Shown here one piece after another: positions 18,234 through 27,097 of a stretch of 64,000 nt of DNA. The notes beneath the pieces were generated by a model. That model was not told the origin of the DNA, searched no databases, and was given only the letters and a program-made list of their open reading frames with translations. Origin of the DNA: Candidatus Babelota bacterium (GTDB taxonomy: Bacteria > Babelota > Babeliae > Babelales > UBA12411); assembly GCA_003511165.1 (NCBI GenBank), contig DOJW01000008.1, positions 106,010 through 170,009 on the forward strand, written 5' to 3'. Positions within the stretch are counted from its first letter, which is position 1; every line of letters starts with the position of its first letter. The position numbers were made by a program, and so were the translations under genes.

Positions 18234-18346
18234 TTCTTCTCCATCAAACCTTATTCGCTATTTTAATATTTTCTATTTCTAACTTCAGATAAAAGAGGCA
18301 ACGCTGCTTAAAATCACAACGTTACCTCTTTGTTTAACAAACTAAA

Positions 18347-19438
18347 TTATATCAAAAATTCCTTATTTGTTTTTGCTAAAATCCAATCCAATATTATTTT
18401 CAATGCCTCTGGCGCTATTGTTTCTTCAATTGTTCCATACTCTGCTAAAGAACCCGTTTTACATGTTTGAAATGTATGATTCAAATTATGCAATTCAACT
18501 GTTTTATAATCCAAATTGCCTGCAGCTTTTAGTGAGTCAGAAGTTATTTCTAGCGATGGATTAGATGAAACAATCCAATCTCGATCACCATTAAGAGCAA
18601 GAACGGGGACAACAATCTTTTTAAGCATTTCAGCGGTATTACAATTAAGAAAATAACGATACCAAGATGAATTAAATGCCTCAACCATTGAATCTATTTT
18701 TGATTTGGTTATTGCAAAAGGAATATTATCCGATTCTTTTTTTAAATTCTCAGGCAATTGCGCGCAATAATCATTCATTAGTTTTTGCAGTTTAACTTTG
18801 GCAACTTCTATATTTAATTCTTGTTTTACAATGGTCAATATCTGCATTCGCAATTTATGATCTTGAGCAAGAAGTTCTTCACTTGCACCATCAGCCTTTA
18901 ACTGCTTTGCAGTTTGCATAACTAAATCATCAACATCTGTTTGGACAACTCCTGCCATCGATACTAAAAAAGCAACATCTTTGGATTCTGCAGCTAACAT
19001 ACAGGCAATCATCCCGCCTTCACTATGTCCAATTAACCCAATTTTATTTGGATCAATCTCTTTTCGCGTTTTTAGATATTTAATTCCGGCAATAACATCA
19101 TCCGCAAAATCTCTGCTCGTTGCCACCGCATAATCTCCCGTAGATTTTCCAACTCCACGCTTATCAAAACGTAAAACGGCAATACCATTACGCGTCAGAT
19201 AATCTGCAAGCACTAGAAAACGCTTGTGCCCCATCATATTATTATCACGGTCATGCGGACCTAAACCAGCAACCAATATCACAGCGGGGAAATGTCCGGT
19301 TTGATTCGGCATAGTTAAACTACCTGAAAGGTTTACTTTTGCCTTCTCATTTTGATAACTCACTTCTTCTATTGAATAAGGGAAAGGAGGTTTTGGTTCT
19401 TGATAAAAATTTAGCTGCCTTGTGTCTTTATTACTCAT
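18347..19438 (-). CDS. alpha/beta-fold hydrolase (serine nucleophile)
   Basis: Nucleophile elbow IGLIGHSEGG. Upstream VLRFDKRGVGKS is typical of the fold. C-terminal D and H candidates (NGDRDW, LNHTF). Confidence 0.8.
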   Translation of the reverse strand: MSNKDTRQLNFYQEPKPPFPYSIEEVSYQNEKAKVNLSGSLTMPNQTGHFPAVILVAGLGPHDRDNNMMGHKRFLVLADYLTRNGIAVLRFDKRGVGKSTGDYAVATSRDFADDVIAGIKYLKTRKEIDPNKIGLIGHSEGGMIACMLAAESKDVAFLVSMAGVVQTDVDDLVMQTAKQLKADGASEELLAQDHKLRMQILTIVKQELNIEVAKVKLQKLMNDYCAQLPENLKKESDNIPFAITKSKIDSMVEAFNSSWYRYFLNCNTAEMLKKIVVPVLALNGDRDWIVSSNPSLEITSDSLKAAGNLDYKTVELHNLNHTFQTCKTGSLAEYGTIEETIAPEALKIILDWILAKTNKEFLI

Positions 19439-19788
19439 TTTTCTTCAGTTCTTTCGATATTTTTTGTTAAACAATTATTAATCATGTACATGCACATAAA
19501 AATGCATAAACAGATCAACTTTTATGCAGTCAGCATAAAATATTAAAATTATATGGAAAATATAAACACGAATACCAAAAACAGATGAAAAACATCACGT
19601 TTTTCGGCTAGTTTAGATAAGAACTAATAAAACTTTCATAACGGCCTCGCTAAATTTTCTATTTTAATTTGAGGTCCAAATAAACTATAACTAAGTGATA
19701 ATGCTAACCAAGAATTTCACTTTTAGCAAAATAATTGCTCCTTTAATTTGCAACATATTAAGCAGGTACTTTAGCAAATCAAAAACGC

Positions 19789-20316
19789 TTATTCATTTGC
19801 TCGTGCCCTTACTCTTTCAATGACTCCTTGCATTCTTCTTTCTTCGAAATATTTTATTAAAATGGGGTATTTATCAACTAAAGAAAGAAATAACTGTGTC
19901 CCTTTTTTATTATTTAATTTAAGCAATGTATAAACAGCAGAAACTAAACTATCATCATCATTTTTTTTATAAGCTTCTTCGGCAAGTTTAATAAGATAGT
20001 CAGCAGCACTTTCATCACCTATGTCTATCAAACACTCTGCAGCTTCGATTTTACCGCTTAAATAATCACTCTTATCTATAAATTCATGTAATTTTTCTTT
20101 TATAGGTGGCCATTTTAAAGAGATTAAAACCTCTGCCAATATTAATTTATTTTCTTCATCCTTTTCTTCTTCGTTAAAAAGATTAATTAGGTACTCAAAC
20201 TCTATAGGATCTTTTTCTGCAGCCTTTTTCATTTCATCCATATAAAATTCAATTACATTATAATCTTGTACACCATCTCTAAAAGCATTATAAAAACTTC
20301 GAACGTTTGTTTTCAT
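19789..20316 (-). CDS. HEAT/PBS-like helical repeat protein; candidate immunity protein 2 (paralog of 20320..20838)
   Basis: 175 aa, 3 nt after the upstream paralog. GKIEAAECLIDIGDESAADYLIKLAEEAYKKNDDDSLVSAVYTLLKL resembles the HEAT_PBS pattern A-x-x-L-x-x-iGd-x-x-A-x-x-Li. Confidence 0.5.
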   Translation of the reverse strand: MKTNVRSFYNAFRDGVQDYNVIEFYMDEMKKAAEKDPIEFEYLINLFNEEEKDEENKLILAEVLISLKWPPIKEKLHEFIDKSDYLSGKIEAAECLIDIGDESAADYLIKLAEEAYKKNDDDSLVSAVYTLLKLNNKKGTQLFLSLVDKYPILIKYFEERRMQGVIERVRARANE

Positions 20317-20319
20317 AAA

Positions 20320-20838
20320 TTATTCATTTGCTAATTTTTTAACTTCCTTAAAAAACTCTTTTCCTTCGCAATATTTTTTTAATTCTTCATATTTATTTAC
20401 TAATTTAAGAAAAGCTTGTGTTCCTTTTTTATTTTCTAGCCTAAGCAGTGTTATTGCAGCAGAAATTAGATAATGATTATCCTTTTTTTCATATGCTTCT
20501 TGTGTTGTATTGATAATATAATCAATTGCTCTTTCATCTCGCATGTCTACCAGATATTCTATAGCTTCAATTTTATTTCCTAAATCGCAACTTTTTTCTA
20601 TTAACTCATGTAAGATATTTTTTATAGGCATCCATTTCAATAAAACTAAAACTTCTGCTAATGTTAATTTATTACCCTCATATTTTTCTTCGCTTAAAAG
20701 ATTAATTAAATCTTCGAACTCTACAGGATCACTTTCTGCAGCATTTTTCATTCTATTTATGCAATCTTCATAAATATCATAGTCTTGACATTCATATCTT
20801 ATTGATTCATAGATATCTCTTAATTTGCTTTTTTTCAT
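20320..20838 (-). CDS. HEAT/PBS-like helical repeat protein; candidate cognate immunity protein 1
   Basis: 172 aa, starting 9 nt after the toxin stop. NKIEAIEYLVDMRDERAIDYIINTTQEAYEKKDNHYLISAAITLLRL. Collinear with its paralog over the full length. Confidence 0.5.
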   Translation of the reverse strand: MKKSKLRDIYESIRYECQDYDIYEDCINRMKNAAESDPVEFEDLINLLSEEKYEGNKLTLAEVLVLLKWMPIKNILHELIEKSCDLGNKIEAIEYLVDMRDERAIDYIINTTQEAYEKKDNHYLISAAITLLRLENKKGTQAFLKLVNKYEELKKYCEGKEFFKEVKKLANE

Positions 20839-20847
20839 AAATTTCCT

Positions 20848-23800
20848 TTATTGATTCCATGTAGGGTATACGGTTAATATTTTCCCTTCTGAACTAACTC
20901 GAGCTTCAACTCTAATGCCTCTAGAAGTAATACCTACAAATTTATTACCCTCAATATTATTTGCTTTATTTGAAACTATTTCTTTCGCAGCTTCGAAAAT
21001 ATCTTTAGAAGTATAATTTGTAGGCCACAGTGTTTTTATACCTTTGATTTCTTCACCTGATTGTGTAATAACTTTTGCTTTGTTATAAAATTTATCTTTT
21101 GCAAATACATGTTTTGGAGAAATAACTCGAGTAACGCCATTTTCTAATTTTTCAACTTTAAATAAATCATCCGCGAAATTAAATTTCTTTTTAAAATTTT
21201 CAAAAGCCTCCAATGTATGCATCCCAACTGTTAATCCAGAACGAATTTGCTGTGTCTCATTAGCAGCTAAAAACTCCCCGCAAAATACATGTTCTATCGA
21301 TTTTCCGTTCCATTCTTCATGTCGTAGAAGCAAATCTAACCATTGATTTGTATGAACACCGACATCATGAATAGCGGGATGATCGGTTAAACATTTTTTG
21401 GCATAAGCAACTTTTTCTGCTCCAAACTTTTTTTCTAAATCGTAGACATGATTTAAATCGCAAACAAGATTATTAATCGGAGCCACCACAGCTTGTAAAT
21501 CTGGATTTTTAATAGTTCGAGCAATTCTCTCTTCGTTTTTCAAAATTTGTACGAACTTTGATATTTGACCAAAAGCTACGCTATGTGCTGTCGGAATTTT
21601 ACTACCAATGACAAAACTTCCCGCTACTCGCCCAACTGTTTTTTCTGCTCCCAACACTTCATCACTATCCAAATAATCTAGCTTGTCATTTATCGATTTG
21701 AGCACTTTATCAAAAGATAAATCTGAATGATCTCTTATATGTTTTAAAAATTTTATAGAACCATCAAAGAAGTCATCACAAGCACCGTCGGGATTTTCTG
21801 CAACATATTTACCTAACTCCCATGCGTTTAACGCAGCCATAGTTGAATATTTTTTCAATCCTGATCCGGCAGCACAAGCAAGATTTTTAATCGCAGTATA
21901 ACTTTCATCAATTGTTTCAAGCGGTCTATCAATGGTATCTACAGCATAAGCTAAAGCATCAAAAGCGGATAAACCTACACCTTTTGCTAAAGATAAACCT
22001 GTATGAAGATAAACATCTTCGAATTTCACATAAACTTTTGCTATTTCTTTGCTATACCGAAGCATCGAATGCGCAAAATTATTAGCAGCGGCACATTTTA
22101 TCATCTCATTTTTAAGCGCAAAGTTTTTAGCATGTCGCAATGCAGAATAAATGGCATATGAAGGACCATGTAGTTGCTTAACATCTACAAAAGAATCTAA
22201 CATTTGAGAAGTTTGATTGATTATGTCAACTGTTTCTCCCAAAAACGATCTCTGTACTTTATTACCCGTAAAAGATCTGTACTCATTCGGGTCAAAATTT
22301 AATCGCGGCAAATATTCGCATGCTTGGTTGTTTAGACTATAATATTCAGTTCTAATTTCTTTATTTGGACCTTCTTGCAAATAGCTATAAATTGCGTCTG
22401 ATCGTTTTTTCAAAAAAGCATTTTCATCACTATGCACAGTTGCTTCTTCGCCTTCTGTAGGCAAACTTTCAAGCCCAACACGCGCAACTTCTTTATCATA
22501 CTCTGAAGAGTTAGAAGAGTTTGAAACATTATTAAAGAACTGCTTTTTGTATCGAATAGCTTGCAACTCGTTGCTACCAGGATCACCAAACAAAGAATCA
22601 GTTACAAAATTAGACGCCTTTGTAAGAAGCGATTGATTTTGCTTTTCTAATTTTTCTTTATTTTCTTCTTCCTCTTTTTGCAATAACATTTCATTCAAAG
22701 CATTTTGCTGTTCTTGTTCCCACTCATTGTGCTTTGACAAATATTCTTGCTCATTTGCTGATTTTAAAGATTCCTCTTCTTTTTGCTGCTTCAAAATTTG
22801 ACGATTCATCTCTTCAATATCAAAAGCCGATTGTAGAAAAATATCTGAAAGCGTAGCGTTCAACTTTTTCATCGATGCATCATCAGCAAGATAATAATTT
22901 GAAGTTTCAAGCTCGGACGCGATAACATTCGTAAGCAACTGATTTAAATTTCCATCACTACTACCAAGCGGATTAAAAATTGCTGAAATATTATTTTTTA
23001 TTATTGATAAATTATCTTCACTTAAATTTTCTATGCGGTATAAACCTTTAATCGAATTCAAAACTTGAGAATTTTTTTGTAAATCTAATACCAAATTGCT
23101 ATAAGCCAAAGCTGCATCTTTACAAGCATCACAATAACTTGATACAAGAAAAATTTTGTTCTTTTGATCTTGGTCAGATTTATAGGAGAAATTTTCTTTG
23201 ATAAGGGTTATAGAAGGTCTTCGATAATTCAAAAGGTTCGGATCCCACTTTAAATCTCCTGAACCCTGAGTAATTAATAACGAATATTTTTCGCTAGCAA
23301 CGATCATCTTTTCGCAAAAATCACATAAAGCAAACGATTCTTTAATGTTATTATTTGCCGATTTATCTGCAGCCAAATTTGCAGTCCTATAAATCATTTC
23401 TGTAAGCGATTTTATACGATCATCCGCATTAAAATATTTTCTCAAAACACAGGTTCTATTTAAAACCGCTTCAATCTCTTGATTTACCAGTTGCTGTACT
23501 TTGCATCCATCACACTTTTTGAATTTCTCACAATTTATCCCAAAAGATTTCAAATCATTTTCTGCATCTTGTGACAAATTATATGTTTTACACTCTTTGG
23601 CGGTAAAATCTGAAAAATCATCATTTAAGGCGCTTATACGAATTTTGTATTTTTCAAAATTATTCAAATCATTATTTTTTAATGCACTGTTCATTCTACC
23701 AATAGATTCCACTGATGCTTCTATCAATTGCTGTTGCCGCTGTGAAAGTATTAATTCTTTTTGTTGTTTTTCTACAACATTCAAAAGAATCTTATATGTT

Positions 23801-24513
23801 TCTTGCCCTCCTTTAAGTGAATTATTTTTATCTTTTCTTTGCTTTTCAGATTCAATAAGTTGCTTCTGCCACAATTTACTTTCTTGATTTCCCTTGATAA
23901 TCGCACTCGAATAATTCTGATAAAACTCAGATCTTTCGGATTTTATTCGACTAGCTTCGGTTTGAACATATCTTACCCATTCCTTATCTGCGAGACCCGC
24001 ATCTCTTCCGGAATGTTTATACTTACAACGATGATCATATTTTTCGAAATATTTGTCTTTATCCAAAATATATTCTTCATAGCCTAGGGCGTCACAAATC
24101 ATCCCTTTATAATTTGGATTTGAATAATAATCGAAATTACCAAAAAGATTTTGATTATTTTGTGGAGATCTATTTAACTGATCGGAAAATTTTGTTTTTA
24201 TTTCATTTTGATCAAAACTTTGAATCTCTGGATTTTTTACCGGATGTTCTTTTGGTGTGGTATTGTACAATGCATTTAAATTCTGGGTTCTACGAGAAGC
24301 TTCGTATTCACATCGAGCTTGGTCCATGAAAGCCTGAGTATCATTTTGCTGTGATTTAGGCTGTGAATAATTCCCCATAGAAAATTGTGTGTTATACTCA
24401 GCTATAGGCGCAGCTCCATAGCTATCCAAATAAGATGGAACTAATTTAATAAAAGTTGTTGCAATTAAAAGTAAAAATATAAAAAGTAGTTTAGAAATTT
24501 TTTTGGATATCAT
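20848..24513 (-). CDS. large Sec-signal protein with C-terminal EndoU/XendoU-like endoribonuclease module (candidate polymorphic toxin)
   Basis: 1221 aa. N-terminal KLLFIFLLLIATTFIKLV, a central Glu/Lys/Gln coiled coil, and in the last ~180 aa IEHVFCGE(x18)GMH ... IKGIKTLWPTNYTSKDI ... GIRVEARVSSEGKILTVYPTW. GAGG RBS. Confidence 0.6.
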   Translation of the reverse strand: MISKKISKLLFIFLLLIATTFIKLVPSYLDSYGAAPIAEYNTQFSMGNYSQPKSQQNDTQAFMDQARCEYEASRRTQNLNALYNTTPKEHPVKNPEIQSFDQNEIKTKFSDQLNRSPQNNQNLFGNFDYYSNPNYKGMICDALGYEEYILDKDKYFEKYDHRCKYKHSGRDAGLADKEWVRYVQTEASRIKSERSEFYQNYSSAIIKGNQESKLWQKQLIESEKQRKDKNNSLKGGQETYKILLNVVEKQQKELILSQRQQQLIEASVESIGRMNSALKNNDLNNFEKYKIRISALNDDFSDFTAKECKTYNLSQDAENDLKSFGINCEKFKKCDGCKVQQLVNQEIEAVLNRTCVLRKYFNADDRIKSLTEMIYRTANLAADKSANNNIKESFALCDFCEKMIVASEKYSLLITQGSGDLKWDPNLLNYRRPSITLIKENFSYKSDQDQKNKIFLVSSYCDACKDAALAYSNLVLDLQKNSQVLNSIKGLYRIENLSEDNLSIIKNNISAIFNPLGSSDGNLNQLLTNVIASELETSNYYLADDASMKKLNATLSDIFLQSAFDIEEMNRQILKQQKEEESLKSANEQEYLSKHNEWEQEQQNALNEMLLQKEEEENKEKLEKQNQSLLTKASNFVTDSLFGDPGSNELQAIRYKKQFFNNVSNSSNSSEYDKEVARVGLESLPTEGEEATVHSDENAFLKKRSDAIYSYLQEGPNKEIRTEYYSLNNQACEYLPRLNFDPNEYRSFTGNKVQRSFLGETVDIINQTSQMLDSFVDVKQLHGPSYAIYSALRHAKNFALKNEMIKCAAANNFAHSMLRYSKEIAKVYVKFEDVYLHTGLSLAKGVGLSAFDALAYAVDTIDRPLETIDESYTAIKNLACAAGSGLKKYSTMAALNAWELGKYVAENPDGACDDFFDGSIKFLKHIRDHSDLSFDKVLKSINDKLDYLDSDEVLGAEKTVGRVAGSFVIGSKIPTAHSVAFGQISKFVQILKNEERIARTIKNPDLQAVVAPINNLVCDLNHVYDLEKKFGAEKVAYAKKCLTDHPAIHDVGVHTNQWLDLLLRHEEWNGKSIEHVFCGEFLAANETQQIRSGLTVGMHTLEAFENFKKKFNFADDLFKVEKLENGVTRVISPKHVFAKDKFYNKAKVITQSGEEIKGIKTLWPTNYTSKDIFEAAKEIVSNKANNIEGNKFVGITSRGIRVEARVSSEGKILTVYPTWNQ

Positions 24514-24524
24514 TTTGGATACCT

Positions 24525-24566
24525 CATTTTTTAAACAAAAAGCCCACGAATTTTTCGTGGGCTTTT
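24525..24566 (-). terminator. rho-independent terminator of tkt
   Basis: aaaagcccacgaa / ttcgtgggctttt stem (24537-24566), followed on the minus strand by tgttt. Confidence 0.75.
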
Positions 24567-24573
24567 ACATTTG

Positions 24574-26436
24574 CTACTCAAATAATTTAACAATCGATTT
24601 GCTATCAATTCCTTCAAACTGTAAAAGCTCTTCGGGTTTTCCAGATCTTGGAAGTTTATCAACATAAAGATTTGTAATTTCAAATTTCTCATTTGCAACA
24701 GAAGTAGAAACAGCTTCACCAATTCCGCCTGCTAAGTAATGATCTTCAACGGTTACAATTTTGCTTCCCGACTCTTTTGCAACTTTTATGATTGTTGCAA
24801 TATCAAGAGGTTTAACTGAGTAAAGATCTATCACAGAAACAAAAATTCCTTTATTTTTCAATTCTTCATAAGCTTTAAGAGCTTCGAATAAAGTAATACC
24901 TGCAGCAATGATACAAGCTTTATCATTTTTGCTCTGGCGCAAAACTTTGCATCCACCTATTTCGAACTTTTCATCTTTACCATAAATTACCGGAGTTTTG
25001 CCACGAGTGGTTCGAATGTATGAAACACCATCATTATAATTTGCCATCAGCTCTGTAAGTTTATAGGTTGAAACGCCATCGCTAGGGTAAAAAACAATAG
25101 AATTTGGAATGGTTCTAAACATGGCAATATCTTCAAGCGCCATTTGCGATGGACCATCTTCCCCTATCGAAACCCCACAGTGTGAACCGCATAATCTTAA
25201 CGCATTTCGACCAATTCCAGCCATGCGAATCTGATCAAATGCACGACTAAAAAATGCACCAAAAGTTGCAGCAAAAGGTATTTTACCTCTGCCTTGAAGT
25301 CCGGTTGCAATACTTACCATATTTTGCTCGGCAATAAAACATTGGATAAATCTGCTTTCATGATTTTTTTTGAAAAAATTTGTATACGTTGAATTATTCA
25401 CATCCGCATCAAGGGTAACAACATTTTGAGAAACGTTACCTAAATCTGAAAGCGCATAACCAAACGCTTCACGGCTTGCAAGCTCTTTGCCTTTTTCAAA
25501 AAGATCTTTGTACTGTGAAATAGTTAAATCAATTTTGATATTTTCTTTTTTCAAAATATTTTCAGATTTATTTGGCAAATTTGGAGCAAATTTAAAGTTC
25601 GATTCTTCTTTTAAAAATTTATTTTTTATTTCTTGGATCGCAGCTTTTGCCTCTTCGTCATTAAATGGTTTACCATGAAATCCATTTTTATTTTGAATAT
25701 TTTCAAGACCATAACCTTTGAATGTTTTTGCAATAATCGCAACCGGTTTATCTTTGATCGATTTTATTTTTTCAAATGTTTCCAAAATTTGATCAATATT
25801 ATGTCCATCAATAGCAAATGAACTCCATCCAAAAGCTTCAAATTTTCTTGCATATATTTCAGTATGATGATCATCTATCGATTCGCCAGATTGCCCCAAA
25901 CGGTTACAGTCAACAATCGCAACCAAATTATTTAAATTGTAATGGCTTGCAAGTTCTGCTGCTTCCCAAACAGAACCTTCCGCAGTTTCTCCATCGCCCA
26001 AAAGAACATACGTTTTGTAATCTAATTTGGATATTGTTGCATTCAATGCCATTCCCAAACCAATCGAAAGTCCCTGTCCTAAGGAACCTGTTGCAGCTTC
26101 ATTATATTCAAAGCGAGGAGTTGGATGTCCCTCAAAAACCGAATCAATTTTGCGCAGAGAAAGTAAATCGCTTTCAGAAATTACACCAAGCTCTTTCCAT
26201 ACAGCATACAAAATAGGAGCTGCGTGACCTTTGGACAAAATAAAACGATCATTGTTTGGGTTTTGATGATTTTTAGGATCAAATTTCATAACATAAAAAA
26301 ATAAAACTGCCATAATATCTGCAGCAGACATGCAAGTAGTAGGATGGCCAGATTTTGAAGCTGTTGTAGCTTTTATTGAATCAATTCTAAGTAAAGCAGC
26401 TCTGCTTTGTATAAATTTTTTAATTTCATTTTTCAT
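24574..26436 (-). CDS. tkt: transketolase
   Basis: SGHPTTCMSAADIM, GHAAPILYA, LGDGETAEGSVWEA (ThDP motif), full length 620 aa. Confidence 0.93.
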   Translation of the reverse strand: MKNEIKKFIQSRAALLRIDSIKATTASKSGHPTTCMSAADIMAVLFFYVMKFDPKNHQNPNNDRFILSKGHAAPILYAVWKELGVISESDLLSLRKIDSVFEGHPTPRFEYNEAATGSLGQGLSIGLGMALNATISKLDYKTYVLLGDGETAEGSVWEAAELASHYNLNNLVAIVDCNRLGQSGESIDDHHTEIYARKFEAFGWSSFAIDGHNIDQILETFEKIKSIKDKPVAIIAKTFKGYGLENIQNKNGFHGKPFNDEEAKAAIQEIKNKFLKEESNFKFAPNLPNKSENILKKENIKIDLTISQYKDLFEKGKELASREAFGYALSDLGNVSQNVVTLDADVNNSTYTNFFKKNHESRFIQCFIAEQNMVSIATGLQGRGKIPFAATFGAFFSRAFDQIRMAGIGRNALRLCGSHCGVSIGEDGPSQMALEDIAMFRTIPNSIVFYPSDGVSTYKLTELMANYNDGVSYIRTTRGKTPVIYGKDEKFEIGGCKVLRQSKNDKACIIAAGITLFEALKAYEELKNKGIFVSVIDLYSVKPLDIATIIKVAKESGSKIVTVEDHYLAGGIGEAVSTSVANEKFEITNLYVDKLPRSGKPEELLQFEGIDSKSIVKLFE

Positions 26437-26614
26437 AAAAAACCTTCTAATTTTTCTCTAACAAAATATTTCGCACAAAAAGTATTATAAACTTAAGGAT
26501 AAAATCTTAGAAATTAAAATTATCTTGAAATTTATACCCTGCAAAATTTTAGCTTTAAAAAATAAATTTTTAAATTAGATTAATACAAAATCCTAAATTT
26601 GAATCGAGACATAA

Positions 26615-27073
26615 ATGAAAAAATATTCTATCGAACATATAAATAAAATCATTTTAGAAAATCTTCCTAAGGAAACTCTGTGGAAAGTAAAACTTTTTCA
26701 AAACTGGAATGATATTATTGGAGAAAATTTAAAAGACAAAATAAGAATAGAAAGAATAGACTCCAATACAATCACGCTTGGCGTAGACCATCCAGCTTGG
26801 GCACAAGAACTCAACTCTCTTTCAAATTTGTTCAAAAAAAGAATAAATGATGTACTAGAAACAAATCAAATCGAAATAATACGATTCAAAGTAACCGGTA
26901 AGAAAAAAATAGCAAAAACTCAAAATGTTCAATTCATAAAAAACAGAAAAAACAGTTCAAATAACACTGAAATTTCATTTTCTGTCAAAGAACAAAAATC
27001 TTTAGATAAGATAAAAGACATTGAATTAAAAAATGTGTTAGTCGAGTACTATAAAAATAGAATCGCTAGATAA
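26615..27073 (+). CDS. DUF721/DciA-like protein
   Basis: W-x-x-IIGENL...I..ID.NTITLGVDHPAWAQELN pattern is typical of DUF721 proteins. Confidence 0.5.
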   Translation: MKKYSIEHINKIILENLPKETLWKVKLFQNWNDIIGENLKDKIRIERIDSNTITLGVDHPAWAQELNSLSNLFKKRINDVLETNQIEIIRFKVTGKKKIAKTQNVQFIKNRKNSSNNTEISFSVKEQKSLDKIKDIELKNVLVEYYKNRIAR

Positions 27074-27097
27074 GTCTAAAATTTTGAGGAATAAGTA

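Noticed and set aside
19439-19788. 350-bp non-coding gap checked for RNase P RNA, SRP RNA, 6S RNA or a tRNA
   Set aside because: No conserved cores (for example GAGGAAAGTCC, or a tRNA T-arm GGTTCGA) and no convincing extended structure were visible by eye. It is possibly decayed sequence downstream of the immunity genes.
23501-24329. Several 70-130 aa plus-strand ORFs inside the toxin gene
   Set aside because: They are antisense to a continuous 1221-aa ORF. They lack start context and show the Phe/Ser/Leu-rich composition of AT-rich antisense frames.
24531-24722. 63-aa minus-strand ORF overlapping the tkt 3' end and terminator
   Set aside because: It is out of frame with tkt, spans the terminator hairpin and has no RBS.
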